From: Trichosphaerium sp. ATCC 40318
Lineage: Eukaryota; Protista; Tubulinea
Assembly (NCBI GenBank): GCA_038496445.1
Contig: JALMLS010000344.1
Coordinates: 1 to 64,000, forward strand
Reading direction: 5' to 3'
Length of the DNA stretch: 64,000 bases
In this document: in pieces, positions 11,070 through 24,179 of the stretch
Layout: each line of letters opens with the position of its first letter
Numbering within the stretch: position 1 is the stretch's first letter
The notes under the pieces: generated by a model
What the model was told of the DNA's origin: nothing
The model's input: the letters and a program-made list of their open reading frames with translations, nothing else
The model's database searches: none
Position numbers and translations under genes: made by a program

Positions 11070-13850
11070 TTAGGTTCTAGTAGCACCCGTGCTCGGGTGG
11101 TGTGGTGTCTGTTCATAGCGGACCTGCGTTTTGAAAGTCAACCCAGACAATAAACTGCCCAGATAAACTACTAAGTCATTTGCAAAATCGGTATCAACCA
11201 ATCAATAACAGACGAAGACATCAAGGTGTTATCGATTTGTGTCTTAGATTTACAAACACTTCCATTTAGCTAAAAGCCTCCAAAAACTTACGTACACATA
11301 CTACATTATAACACGTGTACAACTTTAATTTTATTTTTGGGGAACTCAATCCAATTCTACAATTGGCGCTTGTCCAACATTCACTGCGATATTCAACGCA
11401 GCACTTGCAGCCGCGTTTAATGATAAATGAGAACACGCACTACAAACTGACTTTAGCGAACACAAACTATAAGAATAACGTACTCAACAGGATGTAGACT
11501 TGCATTCCACTTTGTATTATCACGCCCAGGCGCATGTGTAAAAGACTCCAATCCTAAACAATCATTTAAAAACCTGATTCACATAAAATACTCGTACCAC
11601 AGCACAACAGGCGTCCAAAGGTAGATACTACGACCAACTGAAACCTTCATAAAACAATTAAAACAAACAAAAACTAAGAAAAAAACAAGGAAAAACAATG
11701 CCTCATGACATCCTCAACATTCAACGATCCTACAGCAATAAAAAACAAAAATATGACGTACGCAGCAAAATGTGCCTCTTTTACCTTTTCATTAGGCATA
11801 AAGAACTCTGTACAAACAGGTTGTGGAGACCACGAATTTGAGATTTTTTTACCATTTCCAAGGTGAAGATATTTTCCATTACCACAAGTATAAAGCGTCT
11901 GTGATTCAGTAATAAACAACGACGCATAACGTCCAGCTTCTATATAAATAACACGTTCATTGGAAGGTATCTTAACTCTCGTCGGTGTTTGTACTACAAG
12001 ACCTGAAGCAATGTTTTAATAAACAATTGAGCGAACAAGAAACGCACCAGACTCAAATGAATTATTAGCAATATCTCTTAACTCAAACTCTTCACCCAAG
12101 CCAAGTCTGCCTATAGTAAAATATTAAATCGTCAATATCCATAAAAAGTAGCAAGGTCACAAACATGCAACATAGAAAAAGACAGAAACTTGCAGTTCTT
12201 TGTATAAAAAAAAACCTTTCAAAAAAAAAACCTGAAGTCCGTTTTTACATTCTCATAGTGACCTTGAAACTGATAAAACTAATCCGCACATACCACTTTC
12301 AGCCAATCCCCAAGAGTAAACTGTACCATCCCTTGCTAGTGCTACAGCGTGGTCATCACTACAACTTATACGCACTATTTCTTTGCCATCACATTCTATT
12401 TCTGTCCAATAATTTCCAGATAAAGGAAATAAGAGTGTATTGTCACCTTTTCCATATATTTTATGATTTGCAGTGATACCCATCATAGCCTATTAGCAAG
12501 AACAATACATCAGTATAAATATCTTAATGACACCAAATAGACTAAGGTACTAACATTGCCACATTTACAAACTTGTAAAAATCCTCTGACGTTATCATTC
12601 AACATCACACCATCATCTCTTTATATAACAAATTATTAGAAAATATTTTGACAAAGCTTCCTTTCTCTCTTCGTACACTACGCTTACTTGGCATGCGCCA
12701 TCCTTGAAAGAATCTCTATCTATTACATTTACCATAACAGCCCTTCCAGATGCCGTAGTAGTCACTAAGTAGTGATCTAGAAATCAACTTTGTCAACATC
12801 ATTTAAAAAAAAATAAGAAAAAGATAAGATAAAAATCATTTACCTGTCAAGGCTACTGTTTTAATTTTATGGTTAGTCAAGCACTCCATTCGTCTTGCAA
12901 CAATTTTTTTTTCTTCTAAATTAGCTTGAAATACTTCCCCACTAGCACGAAGCATTAGAACGACCTCGAAGACACATACACAAGAATCTACCTTGAAAAT
13001 AGCAAGACTAGAACAGGTTTAAGTGGCATAGCAGCCATCGCCACGATAGGGTACTACAAGTGTCAATAAGATACAATAACGCCTTGCTAACAATGTCGTA
13101 CTTTACATGAGTAATTTACTTTCTTCATTAATCCAGATTCTAAGTTTACTACCCAAACTGAACCAGGAAGAGGCTGAGCTGTCTGCAATTGTACTGTTAA
13201 CAAGTATCCAAAAAAACCAAACACAACAACAGACCTTGCGGCTCGGTGACTGTATTGATACTTCTGTAAAGCCAAGATACGCCTCCGCCGATACCTAAAC
13301 TTTTTGTTAACACTTGAAGTTCAAAGCATGGACGTACTTGTTTGACAGATCTAGATTGTCGTCGTACAACATCCTATGGTAGAAAGAGAGTAAACAACAA
13401 GTCCGTCTGTGACCACGTGCGGTGCATACTCTAGGTATTGGAAGTGCTTCTGAGGTATCCATATCCATTTCTATAGGCTCTATAGAGAACTCTGGTTCTT
13501 CTATTGCGTTTTAACGAATTTATACTGAACTGCCTTTGGCGTACTCTCAATGGGTCTGCGACGCTTTGTAGGTGTTGAATTCAGCATATTTTCTCGCTGA
13601 AGAGCCCTACGAAGGCGTCTATTATCTCTGCTCAAATTTTGTCGTTGTCTGCTAATTTGACGTTGTACAAGCGCCTTTTCAAAATGCATGAGCAGTGTAA
13701 CCGTCAAATGCCATTATTTACCTTTTTTTTCGCTGTTAGATATTTAGACGTCCTCCTACTCGTCTTGGAGCGGCGACTCTTTGTTTTCACAGGTTTAGCT
13801 TGGCTCACACGCCGTTTGGATGCTTTGTGATTTAGAGAGCGCCTACCCAT
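11070..13850 (-). CDS. RCC1-repeat protein with basic (NLS-like) N-terminus (3' end approximate)
   Basis: ATG at 13850, MGRRSLNHKASKRR. RCC1 motifs: IVRISCSDDHAVALARDGTVYSWG..GRLGLG and IEAGRYASLFITESQTLYTCGNGKYLHLGNG..SPQPV. Confidence 0.8.
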
Positions 13851-14225
13851 TCTTCTATATTACGTTACTCTTCTATCACTAACTATGAAGTGTTTTGACT
13901 ATTAATAGTGGCCGTATTGATTTGCAGATAATCAAAACTTGACTAGCTATCCAAAAACATACATAAGACAATATACGTCCAAACATAGACCACAACTGTC
14001 CAGAATTCGCAGTGAACTTTGTCGTAAACCATACTAACTTTGGATCCATTACGATGTAGTTTGATCAAAACTAAGAAAATGTGAGAAAAGAGGGGAGCTA
14101 GTTTTAACTGACAATTAAGTATTTTGGGACTAGCTTTCAAGACAGAAATAAGAGGTTGGCACAATAAAAATTTTATTACATGGATTTCAAACAGAGTTTT
14201 CTTTCTTCTTTTGTTTGTTTCATTG

Positions 14226-14805
14226 TTATGACTTATTACAATGCACCCAAACGAGGTCGGTCATCATCAAGAAGTATAAGACTATCACCTTCTTCAATCT
14301 CAGCTTGAGCAGCGGTAAGGATATCTTCGAAAGGTATAACAGGGAATCGAATAGATTCAGGACGCCTAGGAAACGAATAAAGTAAGTACGAATGAAATCT
14401 GTTAACAACAAAAAACTCAAAAAAAAAAAAAGATGAAAAACGTACTTTTTGTACTCCATGCCAGCAGTCTTGATAGTTTTCTGTTCTTCAAGGTCATCAA
14501 CAATTTCACCAAACTCTTCCATCCACCAATCAGGAGGATTCTCAGCCCAGCGCAAGTCCTAGTTTACATTATAAATCAAAGAAACAAAAAAAAAAGATTA
14601 AATGTGGGAAGGTAGAAAAACGTACGCGAATAATTTTAACGACAGTTTTTGCTTTTTGTCTTGGTGACATTGTGCAATTATTCTGCATACCAGTCATTGC
14701 ATTATAAACGACTGGATTTTTCAAATTATCTTTGTGAATCCAAAAGCTCCAATCGTTATGCCACATCCAATTAGGGTCGTTTTTACGCTAATAAAAATGA
14801 GATTT

Positions 14806-14847
<42 letters not shown>

Positions 14848-16769
14848 CCAACCTCTTCATGCCACTGTCTTTTTCTCTCACGAAATTTCTTTTTATTAGC
14901 ATTAACCTTTGCAACTAAATAAACATAAATACATGCCCAAAATAGAGTAAATACTGCAACAACGATAGCACGTTAATAAATTAACAATGAAACCAAAACA
15001 AAAAAAAAATTCCAAAATTAAGTGAAATAAAATCATACTCTTCTGTTTATATTTATCACTTGCTTTGTACTTCTTTCTGTCCTTATCTATTTTCGCAAAA
15101 TATTTATCTTTCCTTTTTTGCATATCCTGAAATTTTCCCATTGTCTCAAACAATAGAGGCATAAGCTCTTTAGATGGCTTATCGGCAATACCTATAAATC
15201 AAAAAAAAATTAGTTTTGGCCAAATAAAATCGTCAAACGATAAAAAACTGCCAAAATTAGGCGTTTAGGCAAAAGCTTACGCTCTGATTTAACCCATAAA
15301 TCAATATCCAACTTATTGTCTTCGTCCAAATCTCGCTATGTAAAGCATTAAAACAACTAATTTCAAGCAGATTAAATAAAACTAAGCGTACCGTGCTGTC
15401 GATACCATGATGTTCCATGTATGCGTCCGCCTTACGCTTAACGTCAGGATCAGTGAGGTCTAACTCTACTCGTTTCGTAGTTGTCTCTTCTTCGATTTGT
15501 CCAGTATCTAAAAATCCGAGATTGTCAGAAATACAAATGAAATACTTTTTTATTATAACGTACGACGTTCCATATCTTCAGGAGCACCGACCTCCCATTG
15601 AACAGCACTCTTTCTAGTAGATGTTATGGTAACACCACGTTCTTTGGCAATTCTTTCGACCACTTCATCAATATGTTTGTTGCTACAGAAAGAGGTCAAC
15701 ACCAATTTTGTTGAAGAGATCACGCACTCGTCATCATCATCCCAATCAACTTCTCCTCCTCCATCATCTCTTCCTGAGGTACCCTTTCTACGTCCTTTAG
15801 CAGCTCTACCACGTGGTGACTCGTCAAAATCTCTCTTTTCTTTGCCTTTTTCGCGGCGCCTAGCTAATCTAGCAGCACGCGTATTCCCTAATGGATGCTG
15901 CTCGTGATCTGTTTTTATTTATTGTTAATTGCATGTCAAATGAATAAAAATAAGGAAAATCGTACGTGAATCATCATCATCCGGTTGCGTTGGTGGTGCA
16001 TCTAAATAGAAATACTGTGAGCAGAGGATATAATTACACGGTTAATAAAAAATGACGAAAGAATTAAAAAACAATCTGCAACTTGCCATCTGCTGACCAA
16101 AATTGCTGACCTAGACGCTTACATTAGTTAAAAAAAATAAAGATTTTGAGTGGTACCAGGCATAGCTCGGGCTTCACCTTTTTTTGGGCCCTAATACGCG
16201 ATGAGAAACACGCAATTATATTTTTTTCAACAAACAAAAAAGGTGTAGTTACCCCAAAGTCTGGGCTTCCTTGAGGCTCTGCAGTTTGGCTAAATGCACC
16301 TCCTGCTGGTTTAATTTCTCCTAGATCTTTTGTTTCACTAAATGCAGTTCTGATGGTTGTCTTCTTTTTTTTAGGCACTGCTACGTCGAAATCATCTGTT
16401 GTTTCGCTTCAAACTAGTGAGAACTTGTATTGTGGCTTACAAGCCGCGTATTACGCACCTGAAGCTTAATTTTGGCTTCTCAGCTTTGCCAGTATCACTA
16501 AAGGACTCTACTCCACTGAATGGTTTGGAAGCACCTCGCCATTTAGGATTCCCTGGTATTGCGTCGTCCATTTTCGTGCTTGAAAACGACGATTCAGCCT
16601 TTGGTGGTTCTTTATCTTCTACGCCTTCTGCAGAAAATGCGCTTGGCTTCTCTGAGCTTGTATCGTCGGATTTTTTAACGCAATAGTGGCGTTTGCTCGT
16701 TACACGGCCCCTACTACTATTCGTAGTGGTATTGGCCAAATGACGCGCTACTACGAGGCGCGAGAACAT
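14226..16769 (-). CDS. Unknown protein with mitochondrial-presequence-like N-terminus, multi-exon
   Basis: MFSRLVVARHLANTTTNSSRGRVTSKRHYC is Arg/Ser/Thr-rich with no acidic residues. Consistent GT-AG exons continue through WMWHNDWSFWIH and LRWAENPPDWWMEEF. No family recognised. Confidence 0.6.
14807..14845. repeat. 39-nt poly(A) tract (poly-T in an intron of the minus-strand gene)
   Basis: Seen directly. Lies between the donor GTTGGT and the acceptor TTAG of the minus-strand gene. Confidence 0.9.
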
Positions 16770-16793
16770 GCTGGTGTCACTTGGCTATGATCT

Positions 16794-18419
16794 ATGCAGT
16801 GGCGCCTGAATGACGAAGACTTTTCCTCAGAAAACGAGTGTCAAAATGAGTTTATTGTATTTAAAGTTCTCAACTACGCTACACGTAGGTTACCGGCTGT
16901 ACTAGAACACTCAAAGAGCTGCATTTGTACCATACTCCTCAAATATTTACACCAAACACTGTGACGATGATTCTAAGTCGTTCTTGCATTTTTTCAGCCC
17001 GGATTACGTCCAATTCTCGCAATACACGTACAGTGCAAATTCGTGCCTACAGTGCAGACCATGGTACATAGTGACACTCAAGTCGCATAGATAATTGACA
17101 AGAGTAGATTTAAAAGAAGTTACGCCACAAATTACACCAGATGATCCTGATATGGTTCACGCAATCCTCAAGCAACACAGCAAACCATCTATAACAATTA
17201 CAGTGCGTAATAAACATTTGTAACTAAACTAACAACTTGAAGGCAAAACCTGTCAAAGAAACCACCCAAACGCCTTGGCAGAGTAAATTTGGTGGCATTG
17301 TACGCTAACAATGAATACTATCTTCCTTTAATTAACTATTTTAGCCTTATTTGCCAAAAGAAAGGTCTATTCCTCTCAATTCAGAAGGGAACCAACTTAC
17401 AATGATTGCACAACTCAATCTCGATGATATAAACGCCTTACAACAAACTGTCAGCGAAGAGGATCGCGTACAAAGCTTACCAGAAAGTGGTCTATTGCAA
17501 TTTTTCATAGACATGTCAAGTCCACACCGCGGCTCTAAAAACGTTATGGGTAGCAAAATAGTGTTTCACGATGAAGTTGTTAGAGATATGGGAGCATTAG
17601 AGACGGGAGTACGGCAAAACCCTTTATGATGATGCAAGACTAACTGCCTATAGAGAAACTTACCACCTCAGATAATAAAAACTTGGCCATTGGCTTTCGC
17701 TTCAGGAATAGCTTGTGACTTGGACTTCGAGATTGCCAAGAGTTACCCCAATAACACCAATTACTTAACCAGATACATAGCCGACAGCAGACTGGACTAC
17801 CTTTCGCCTGAGGCCTTGGATCCACCTAGACATATTCCATTCCAAATTGGTGGTTTCCCATGGTACGTTGCGGCACTTTTCAGCTGTTTGCTTTTGCAAT
17901 CTTGTTCTCTTTGTTTTTCTTTGTAATCGTTTACGATGAAACTTATACGTTCTAGGTTCGAAGCAAAAGACCCAAGAGATCCACTAGCGCTTATGGAATT
18001 GTACGATTTTCTTTACAAGGCTCTTAGTAATCCTGTATCTTAGACTAGGTCAAAAAGTACCAAAAGCACTCAAAGAGAGACCCAAAACAAAATTTCCAGC
18101 TTTGGAACTAGCTTCTGAATGTTTATTGCAAATGAACAGTTTTAAAATAAGCGACGATGCCATAGTTGATTGGGATAGTAATGGCTCTGCACACTTCTTC
18201 GTTGCTCCCAAACTTATCAAGAAACGCAGTTTTACTGATGCACTATTCCACTGGGATAACAATAAGAGCCCTATGTGGAGCAACCTTGCAAACGAATTTG
18301 AAAAAGCACAAGAGGAGGCTAGGCAGGAACTAAGTGAAGAAGCAGCGGAAAAACTAAAACAACAGAAAAGCCTCCCAAAGAAAAAAAGTAAAAAAGGAAA
18401 GAAAAAATCTAAACAATAA
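16794..18419 (+). CDS. DUF1963 / YwqG-family protein, intron-containing (start uncertain)
   Basis: SKFGGI|PYLPKERSIPLNSEGNQLTMIAQLNL..LPESGLLQFFID, QIGGFPW, and LLQMNS..DWDSNGSAHFFVAPKLIKKRSFTDALFHWD match the YwqG/DUF1963 pattern as I recall it. Confidence 0.8.
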
Positions 18420-18675
18420 AACAAGTGTCAAAGCATTGTTTTTCTTTTAAATGGTGCAACGCTTGTTTAGCACTACGAAAGATAAGTACGGTAGAACATG
18501 TACAAAAAAAAAAAAAAATAGCAGTTGCAATGGCAAAACAAAGTTTACATAAAACTTCTACAACAGTGTGCGAAGTGACCGTTTATTAAATTTGTCAGCG
18601 TAAAGATTCACTAAATAGCGTGTTGTTGTATTGACAATGGTTTCTTCGGACAAATAAAGAGCTTGTGTTGATCAG

Positions 18676-19218
18676 CTAGTGATGTGCTGGTACAGCGGCT
18701 GCAGGAGCGCCAGCAGCGTTGATAGGTACAAAAACTTTAATTTCACTCGAATCTGGGAGCGTGCGCGTCTGTAGGGTGCCTTTTACCTTCTTGTCAATGC
18801 CAAGGTAGGAATCCAAGTGTGCCCAGTTGGATTTGTTTGTAATAAACTCAAGTGGAGGTATTTTTGATAGTTCCTCTGAAGCAGCTGGTTGTTGTGCTGG
18901 AAAACCTGGGATCTTGTTGGCTAGCTCGTGAATGGCACTTTCGATTCTGTCGATTTGCTTCTGTTGTTTTACGACGTAATCGCGAACATCTTCTAATTTC
19001 ATTCGTTCGCACTCGCGTTGTTGATTAGCGAGTTGAGTACTCCTGACGAAACCAATGAGTGCGCCAAGTGGCATACCAATGAATAGCATAGAACCGCCCA
19101 TGAAACGCCATGAAAACAAACCGCGACCCCATAAACCACCTCGTTCGGTCTGGAATAGTGGGCGAAATGTAAGAGCGCGTCTACGTGGGCGCACAGGGCG
19201 TTGAGGGTTACTGGACAT
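18676..19218 (-). CDS. Intronless protein with one Gly-rich TM segment and a coiled coil; unknown function
   Basis: Open frame from ATG 19218 (MSSNPQRPVRPRRR). Hydrophobic FMGGSMLFIGMPLGALIGFV is followed by the heptad QQKQIDRIESAIHELANK. Confidence 0.7.
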   Translation of the reverse strand: MSSNPQRPVRPRRRALTFRPLFQTERGGLWGRGLFSWRFMGGSMLFIGMPLGALIGFVRSTQLANQQRECERMKLEDVRDYVVKQQKQIDRIESAIHELANKIPGFPAQQPAASEELSKIPPLEFITNKSNWAHLDSYLGIDKKVKGTLQTRTLPDSSEIKVFVPINAAGAPAAAVPAHH

Positions 19219-19624
19219 CTTTTGAGTAATATTTTTCTCTTCGAAACACCGTGACTTTAGTGCGGTAAAATTCTTGAGTAATATATTTTTTGGTTGGAAG
19301 CCAGGCGTTTTTTTTTTCTTCAACTCACGCCACACTTTTTGACACGTTACTTAAACCTGTTATACAACGCAGTGAACCAACTGCAGTTTGGTTGTAATTC
19401 AACGACTTGCAATGAGTTTTTCTTACTTGTGCAATTTGTAGCAACAAAAAAGTTTTTACAAACCCAAGCATTTGCTCGTCTCCCCGTAGAATGTTCCGGG
19501 AACAACGAGTTGGATCGATCAAGCGCTTGATTGACAATAGACCTGTTGAGACTTTTTTTTTTTTTGCAACAAATTTTTTTCCCGCCTTTTAGCCAAAATC
19601 ACAACATCTCATAACACTTACACC

Positions 19625-21939
19625 ATGTCTTCGCGTGATAAGCAAAGTCAGCGACACCGTAGTTTCAAGCAAGGTATCGACTATGAGCATACCAGAAGAG
19701 GAAGAGAGGACAGCGCTGTTCGAATTAGTAAGGACAAACGTGCGCAAAGCATTATGAAGAGAAGAAATATTCTTCGTACTGCCGACGCTATTCCAGAGCA
19801 CCAATTGTCCCAAAAGGTACTTAGTACTGCTCGCGCCTTTTTTTTTGTTTTGTAGAGCGTTTCAGCTGATAGAGTTTAGTTGGCAGACCTCCCTAACCTC
19901 GTACTTGGCGTAAAAAATGGAAATCAACAGCAACAGCTCGAATGTACAACCAAGTTCAGAAAGCTCCTCTCTATTGGTACGTTATTTGTTCTAATTCACC
20001 ACATTAATTGTACCTCTCGTAGAGAGTAACCCTCCAATACAAAAAGTCATTGACGCGGGAATTGTACCAAGATTTGTCGAATTTCTCGGAGCGCAATCAA
20101 ACCCTCAATTACAGGTTCGTAGTATTACCTATGTCATCAACTAGGTGTCTTTTATAATTTTTGGGCGTTATAAAGCTTTTTAAACTAATTTATGGCTAGT
20201 TCGAAGCTGCTTGGGCACTCACAAACATTGCCTCTGGTTCTTCGGATCAAACTCGTATTGTACGTAATACACGCAAACAATTCAACGCGTAGGACAGCTC
20301 AAACACACTGTGCTTTGATAAACCGCATTTTTTACGAAACTTTTGGCATTGAGGTTTCCCATTCAACTAATTTTTGTCCCCCAGGTAATCGAAGCCAATG
20401 CTGTACCTGTTTTCGTGCAACTGTTGACTTCACCAAACGAGGACGTTAAAGAACAAGCTGTTTGGGCTTTGGGTAACATTGCAGGAGACTCACCAACGTG
20501 CAGAGATTTTGTTCTATCACACGCTGCTATGCAACCGCTTCTATCAATCTTGTCAGGTAATTTTTTTGAATGATTTTCGCGCTGTTTTTTTTTTTCATTA
20601 TTTTGTCTGTTTGCACGCTAAGCGTTATCGTAGAAACCTCAAAATTGTCAATGCTCCGTAACTCTACATGGACACTTTCCAACTTTTGCAGAGGCAAACC
20701 ACAACCTCCATGGGAACTCGTAGAACCTGCTCTCCCTACATTAGCAAAATCAATCTACGCTACTGTACGTTTTTTCAAAAACTTTTCCTTGTAGTTTCCA
20801 TTTTTGTTTGAATCGAGGGCTTACGTTTTGTGATAGGATGAAGAAGTATTGACAGATGCCTGCTGGGCGCTTTCGTATTTATCTGACGGAACTAATGACC
20901 GCATTCAAGCTGTAATTGAGGCTGGCGTTAGCAGACGTATGGTCGAATTGCTCATGTACGTATTTTTTTCTTACGGTTATTTTCAGAAACCTTTGTGTTG
21001 ATTTGCGTTTTAGGCATCAATCTTTCGCTGTACAAACACCAGCTCTTAGAACAGTTGGTAACATTGTCACTGGTGACGATTTACAAACACAGATTATAAT
21101 TAATTGCTCAGCTCTACCTTGTCTATTGTCTCTTCTTTCGAGCCCAAAGAAGGTACTTTATTTTGATTTTCAATTTTTACCTTTGTTTAGTTTTCTGGCT
21201 ATTTTTTGCTTACGTCTTTTTAGGGTATCCGAAAGGAAGCTTGCTGGACAATCTCTAATATCACTGCTGGAAACAGAGCTCAAATTCAAGCTATCATTGA
21301 TGCTTCTATAATTCCACCTCTTATCCAACTTCTCGATAAATCAGAATTTGATATCAAAAAAGAAGCCGCTTGGGCAATCTCCAATGCAACTTCTGGCGGT
21401 TCCGCTGATCAAATTCAGTACGTACCCTACACATTGTGGATTGTATTTTTTGTCAAGTCTAACCGTTTTTTTAGCTACTTGGCGCACCAAGGTGCTATTC
21501 AACCTTTGTGTCAATTGTTGCGTTGCCCAGATGCACGTATCATTCTTGTTGCTTTGGAAGGTTTAGAAAATATTCTTAAGGTTGGCCAAGCTGAGGCCAG
21601 AGACGGTGTAAATGTACGTTATTCTTGCTATAATACGCGCACCCGTACTTATACGTTGTGTTTAGGATTACACGATCACTGTAGAGTCTGCTGGAGGTGT
21701 TGAAAAGATTGAAGCCCTTCAACAACATTTGAACCCAGATATTTACGATAAAGCATTTAAAATTGTTGAGATCTACTTCAATGGTGAAGAAGAGGTATGT
21801 CCTTTTGAACGAAAAAAAAAAGTGTTTATGTTCCCAATTAATGGTTGTTTAGGACCAAAACACTGTACCAAATGTTGGCGCTGATGGTTCTTATCAATTT
21901 AATGGTAACAACATGAACTCTGACTTCAACTTCGGTTAA
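19625..21939 (+). CDS. KPNA: Importin subunit alpha (karyopherin alpha)
   Basis: IBB domain [27 protein letters not shown] repeats [52 protein letters not shown] and [14 protein letters not shown]. All introns are canonical. Stop at 21937-21939. Confidence 0.97.
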
Positions 21940-22062
21940 GTAAAACATTTTTCCTGTATAATTAAACTTTTTTGTCCTGTCTTGTACAAATCCCGACCTC
22001 AGAATAAAAGTTATGAATTATCTATTTGGTTGTTTGGGTTTTTTTATCGTTGTGGTAGAGTT

Positions 22063-24049
22063 TTAAGTTTGCGTGGTGTTGTAGAATGTATCTTCCAACT
22101 CACAAAGTTCTTGAAATGACCAATCAATGCCATTGGCTAATCCCTTTTGGATGGATGTATAAATAATGCCTCCTATCCCCAATATTATTATCGTCCCCAA
22201 GAGGAATACTAGGCTTGCTGTTAAATGATTAATGTGCTAAAAAAACAAACCTATGATTGATTGCTTTTTGTATCGTTTTACCAAATACCCCACAACTAGA
22301 TGACCGACAATGCCTGAACAACATCCCAATGCGAAATACCAACCACCAAAATCCAACGGCAAGCGCTCAAGAAGAATGAACTGGGCCATAGTGGCAGAAG
22401 AGGTGAAAATCTGACGTGTCAAGAAATTTAAAAATTGAAAGGAACAATGCGAAAAAAGCCGTTTTGGATACTACCATAAACACTGATGTTGCACTTACAA
22501 CTTGTGGGAGAATTCCCATCTCTAGCATTAGTGGTGCTTGTATAATGCCGCCTCCTATGCCTATAAAGGCAGCAACCATGCCGACAACTATAGAAAGTCC
22601 AGCAACGATAGTTGTATTTAATATATTCCAGTGCATATCTCCGTTCTATTACGTAAGAAAAAAGTTAAACACATGACACGGAAGAAAACTGTACAGTCTC
22701 AAAAAACGTACCGCAAATGGAAACTTGTTTAATCTCTTCTTTTTCTGCACGTGCACCAGATAAATGCCCACTACAAGGCTCACACTCATCAATGAAATAA
22801 ACAATATAGATATTACACCCCAATATATTGCTGAACCACATACCACACCAGCAAATGATACTTGAATATTGTCATTACTATTAGTAAAAAGGTATGTTGA
22901 AGTTAGGATTTACCTGTATTTCCACCAGCGACAATACGCAAGCAAAAGATTGATACCATTATGACTAAAATTATTGTGTATTTTTCAAAAGGAAACATCC
23001 TGCTCTCTCGTTTGAGTAGTTTTTCTGTACTCGGTAATAATGCTATTTCGTCACTACTATCAGTTTCGTCTTCTTTCATTACATTCTTTTCATTGACACC
23101 AATAATTACTTCTTCTGCGTTTGCGTGCTTCTCCAACTTACGTATAAAAAACCCCTAGATTTTCTTTAAATAACAGTAATTGTTCTTCGCTGTTTTGTAC
23201 TTTTCTGAATGTCTTATAACAAGCTACTACAAGGACTAAACTGAGTACAATCATTGTTATTAGATCAGGAAACATGACATTACATGTCACACCAATTATT
23301 GTCCCTGTTATTGCACATACGTGTTAGTTGTTTTACTTGCACTTAACTTTTAATCAGTACCTGCTAGAATCATTGGCTCCATTAAGATAGCAACATCATA
23401 ATATATAATAGGTCTTTTTGCTGTTGGGTGTTTTCTCCAGACGTTGATGACGTAACTAAAAATAAATACTTGGTTGCCATTCACGTGTCATTTTTATTTT
23501 TTTGTACTGAGGCAGTACACAATGTACCTTCCTACGGCAACTCCAAAAACTGAAGCCTACATTTTTGTTTGAAAAAAGTTTGACACGTGAAATCAATCAA
23601 TGGGTATACAACTTACCTGAGATAAAGCAGGACCTGCAGTTGCATCAAGACCAAGCACAACAAGGTATATTGGTAAGTATAAGGAGCCTCCACCAACGCC
23701 TATATGAGAAATAAAGAACTTTCAGAAATGAGCGTGATAAAAAAAAAGTGACGCGAAAGTTCGTCAAATGAAATGGGTACACCACGGCGCATAGCGATTG
23801 GGTTTTGCTGGGCACTGTTACCAAAAGGAATGTGACATGAAAAGACTTCAATATTTGCCTGCACGTGTTTACTGACCTGCTCCTGCGCTCAAAGAACCCG
23901 CAACAAGGGCTAAGATAGATGTATAAAGTAATTGTATGGTGAATAACTCTTCTGGAAACTACAAGCGATATTAGCTCCAATAAACTACGTCATGCGCCAC
24001 TACGTACATCCCCTACAACAGGTGGCATTGTGTCGTTTGAAAAGAGCAT
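22063..24049 (-). CDS. Sulfite exporter TauE/SafE family membrane protein
   Basis: Two GxGGG motifs (AGVGGGSLYLP, FIGIGGGIIQAPLMLEMGILPQVVSATS), plus HPTAKRPIIYYDVAILMEP and many TM segments. Confidence 0.9.
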
Positions 24050-24179
24050 TATTTGCAAAAAAAGAAAGTACTGATTGATGCTCTTGGAGTTTAACAAAGT
24101 ATTCTTTATGTTCTCTAAGTGTGGAAGGCTTTTGTTGACTTTTCGTTTACAATAAGCACGACGACAGTTGCAACACAGC

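Noticed and set aside
14734-14922. Poly-Lys ORF
   Set aside because: Produced by the intronic poly(A/T) tract of the opposite-strand gene.
13501-17652. In-frame stops suggesting an alternative genetic code or readthrough (e.g. 13501-13503, 17627-17632)
   Set aside because: Each falls inside a canonical GTACG..AG intron. TAA, TAG and TGA all end genes normally in this window.
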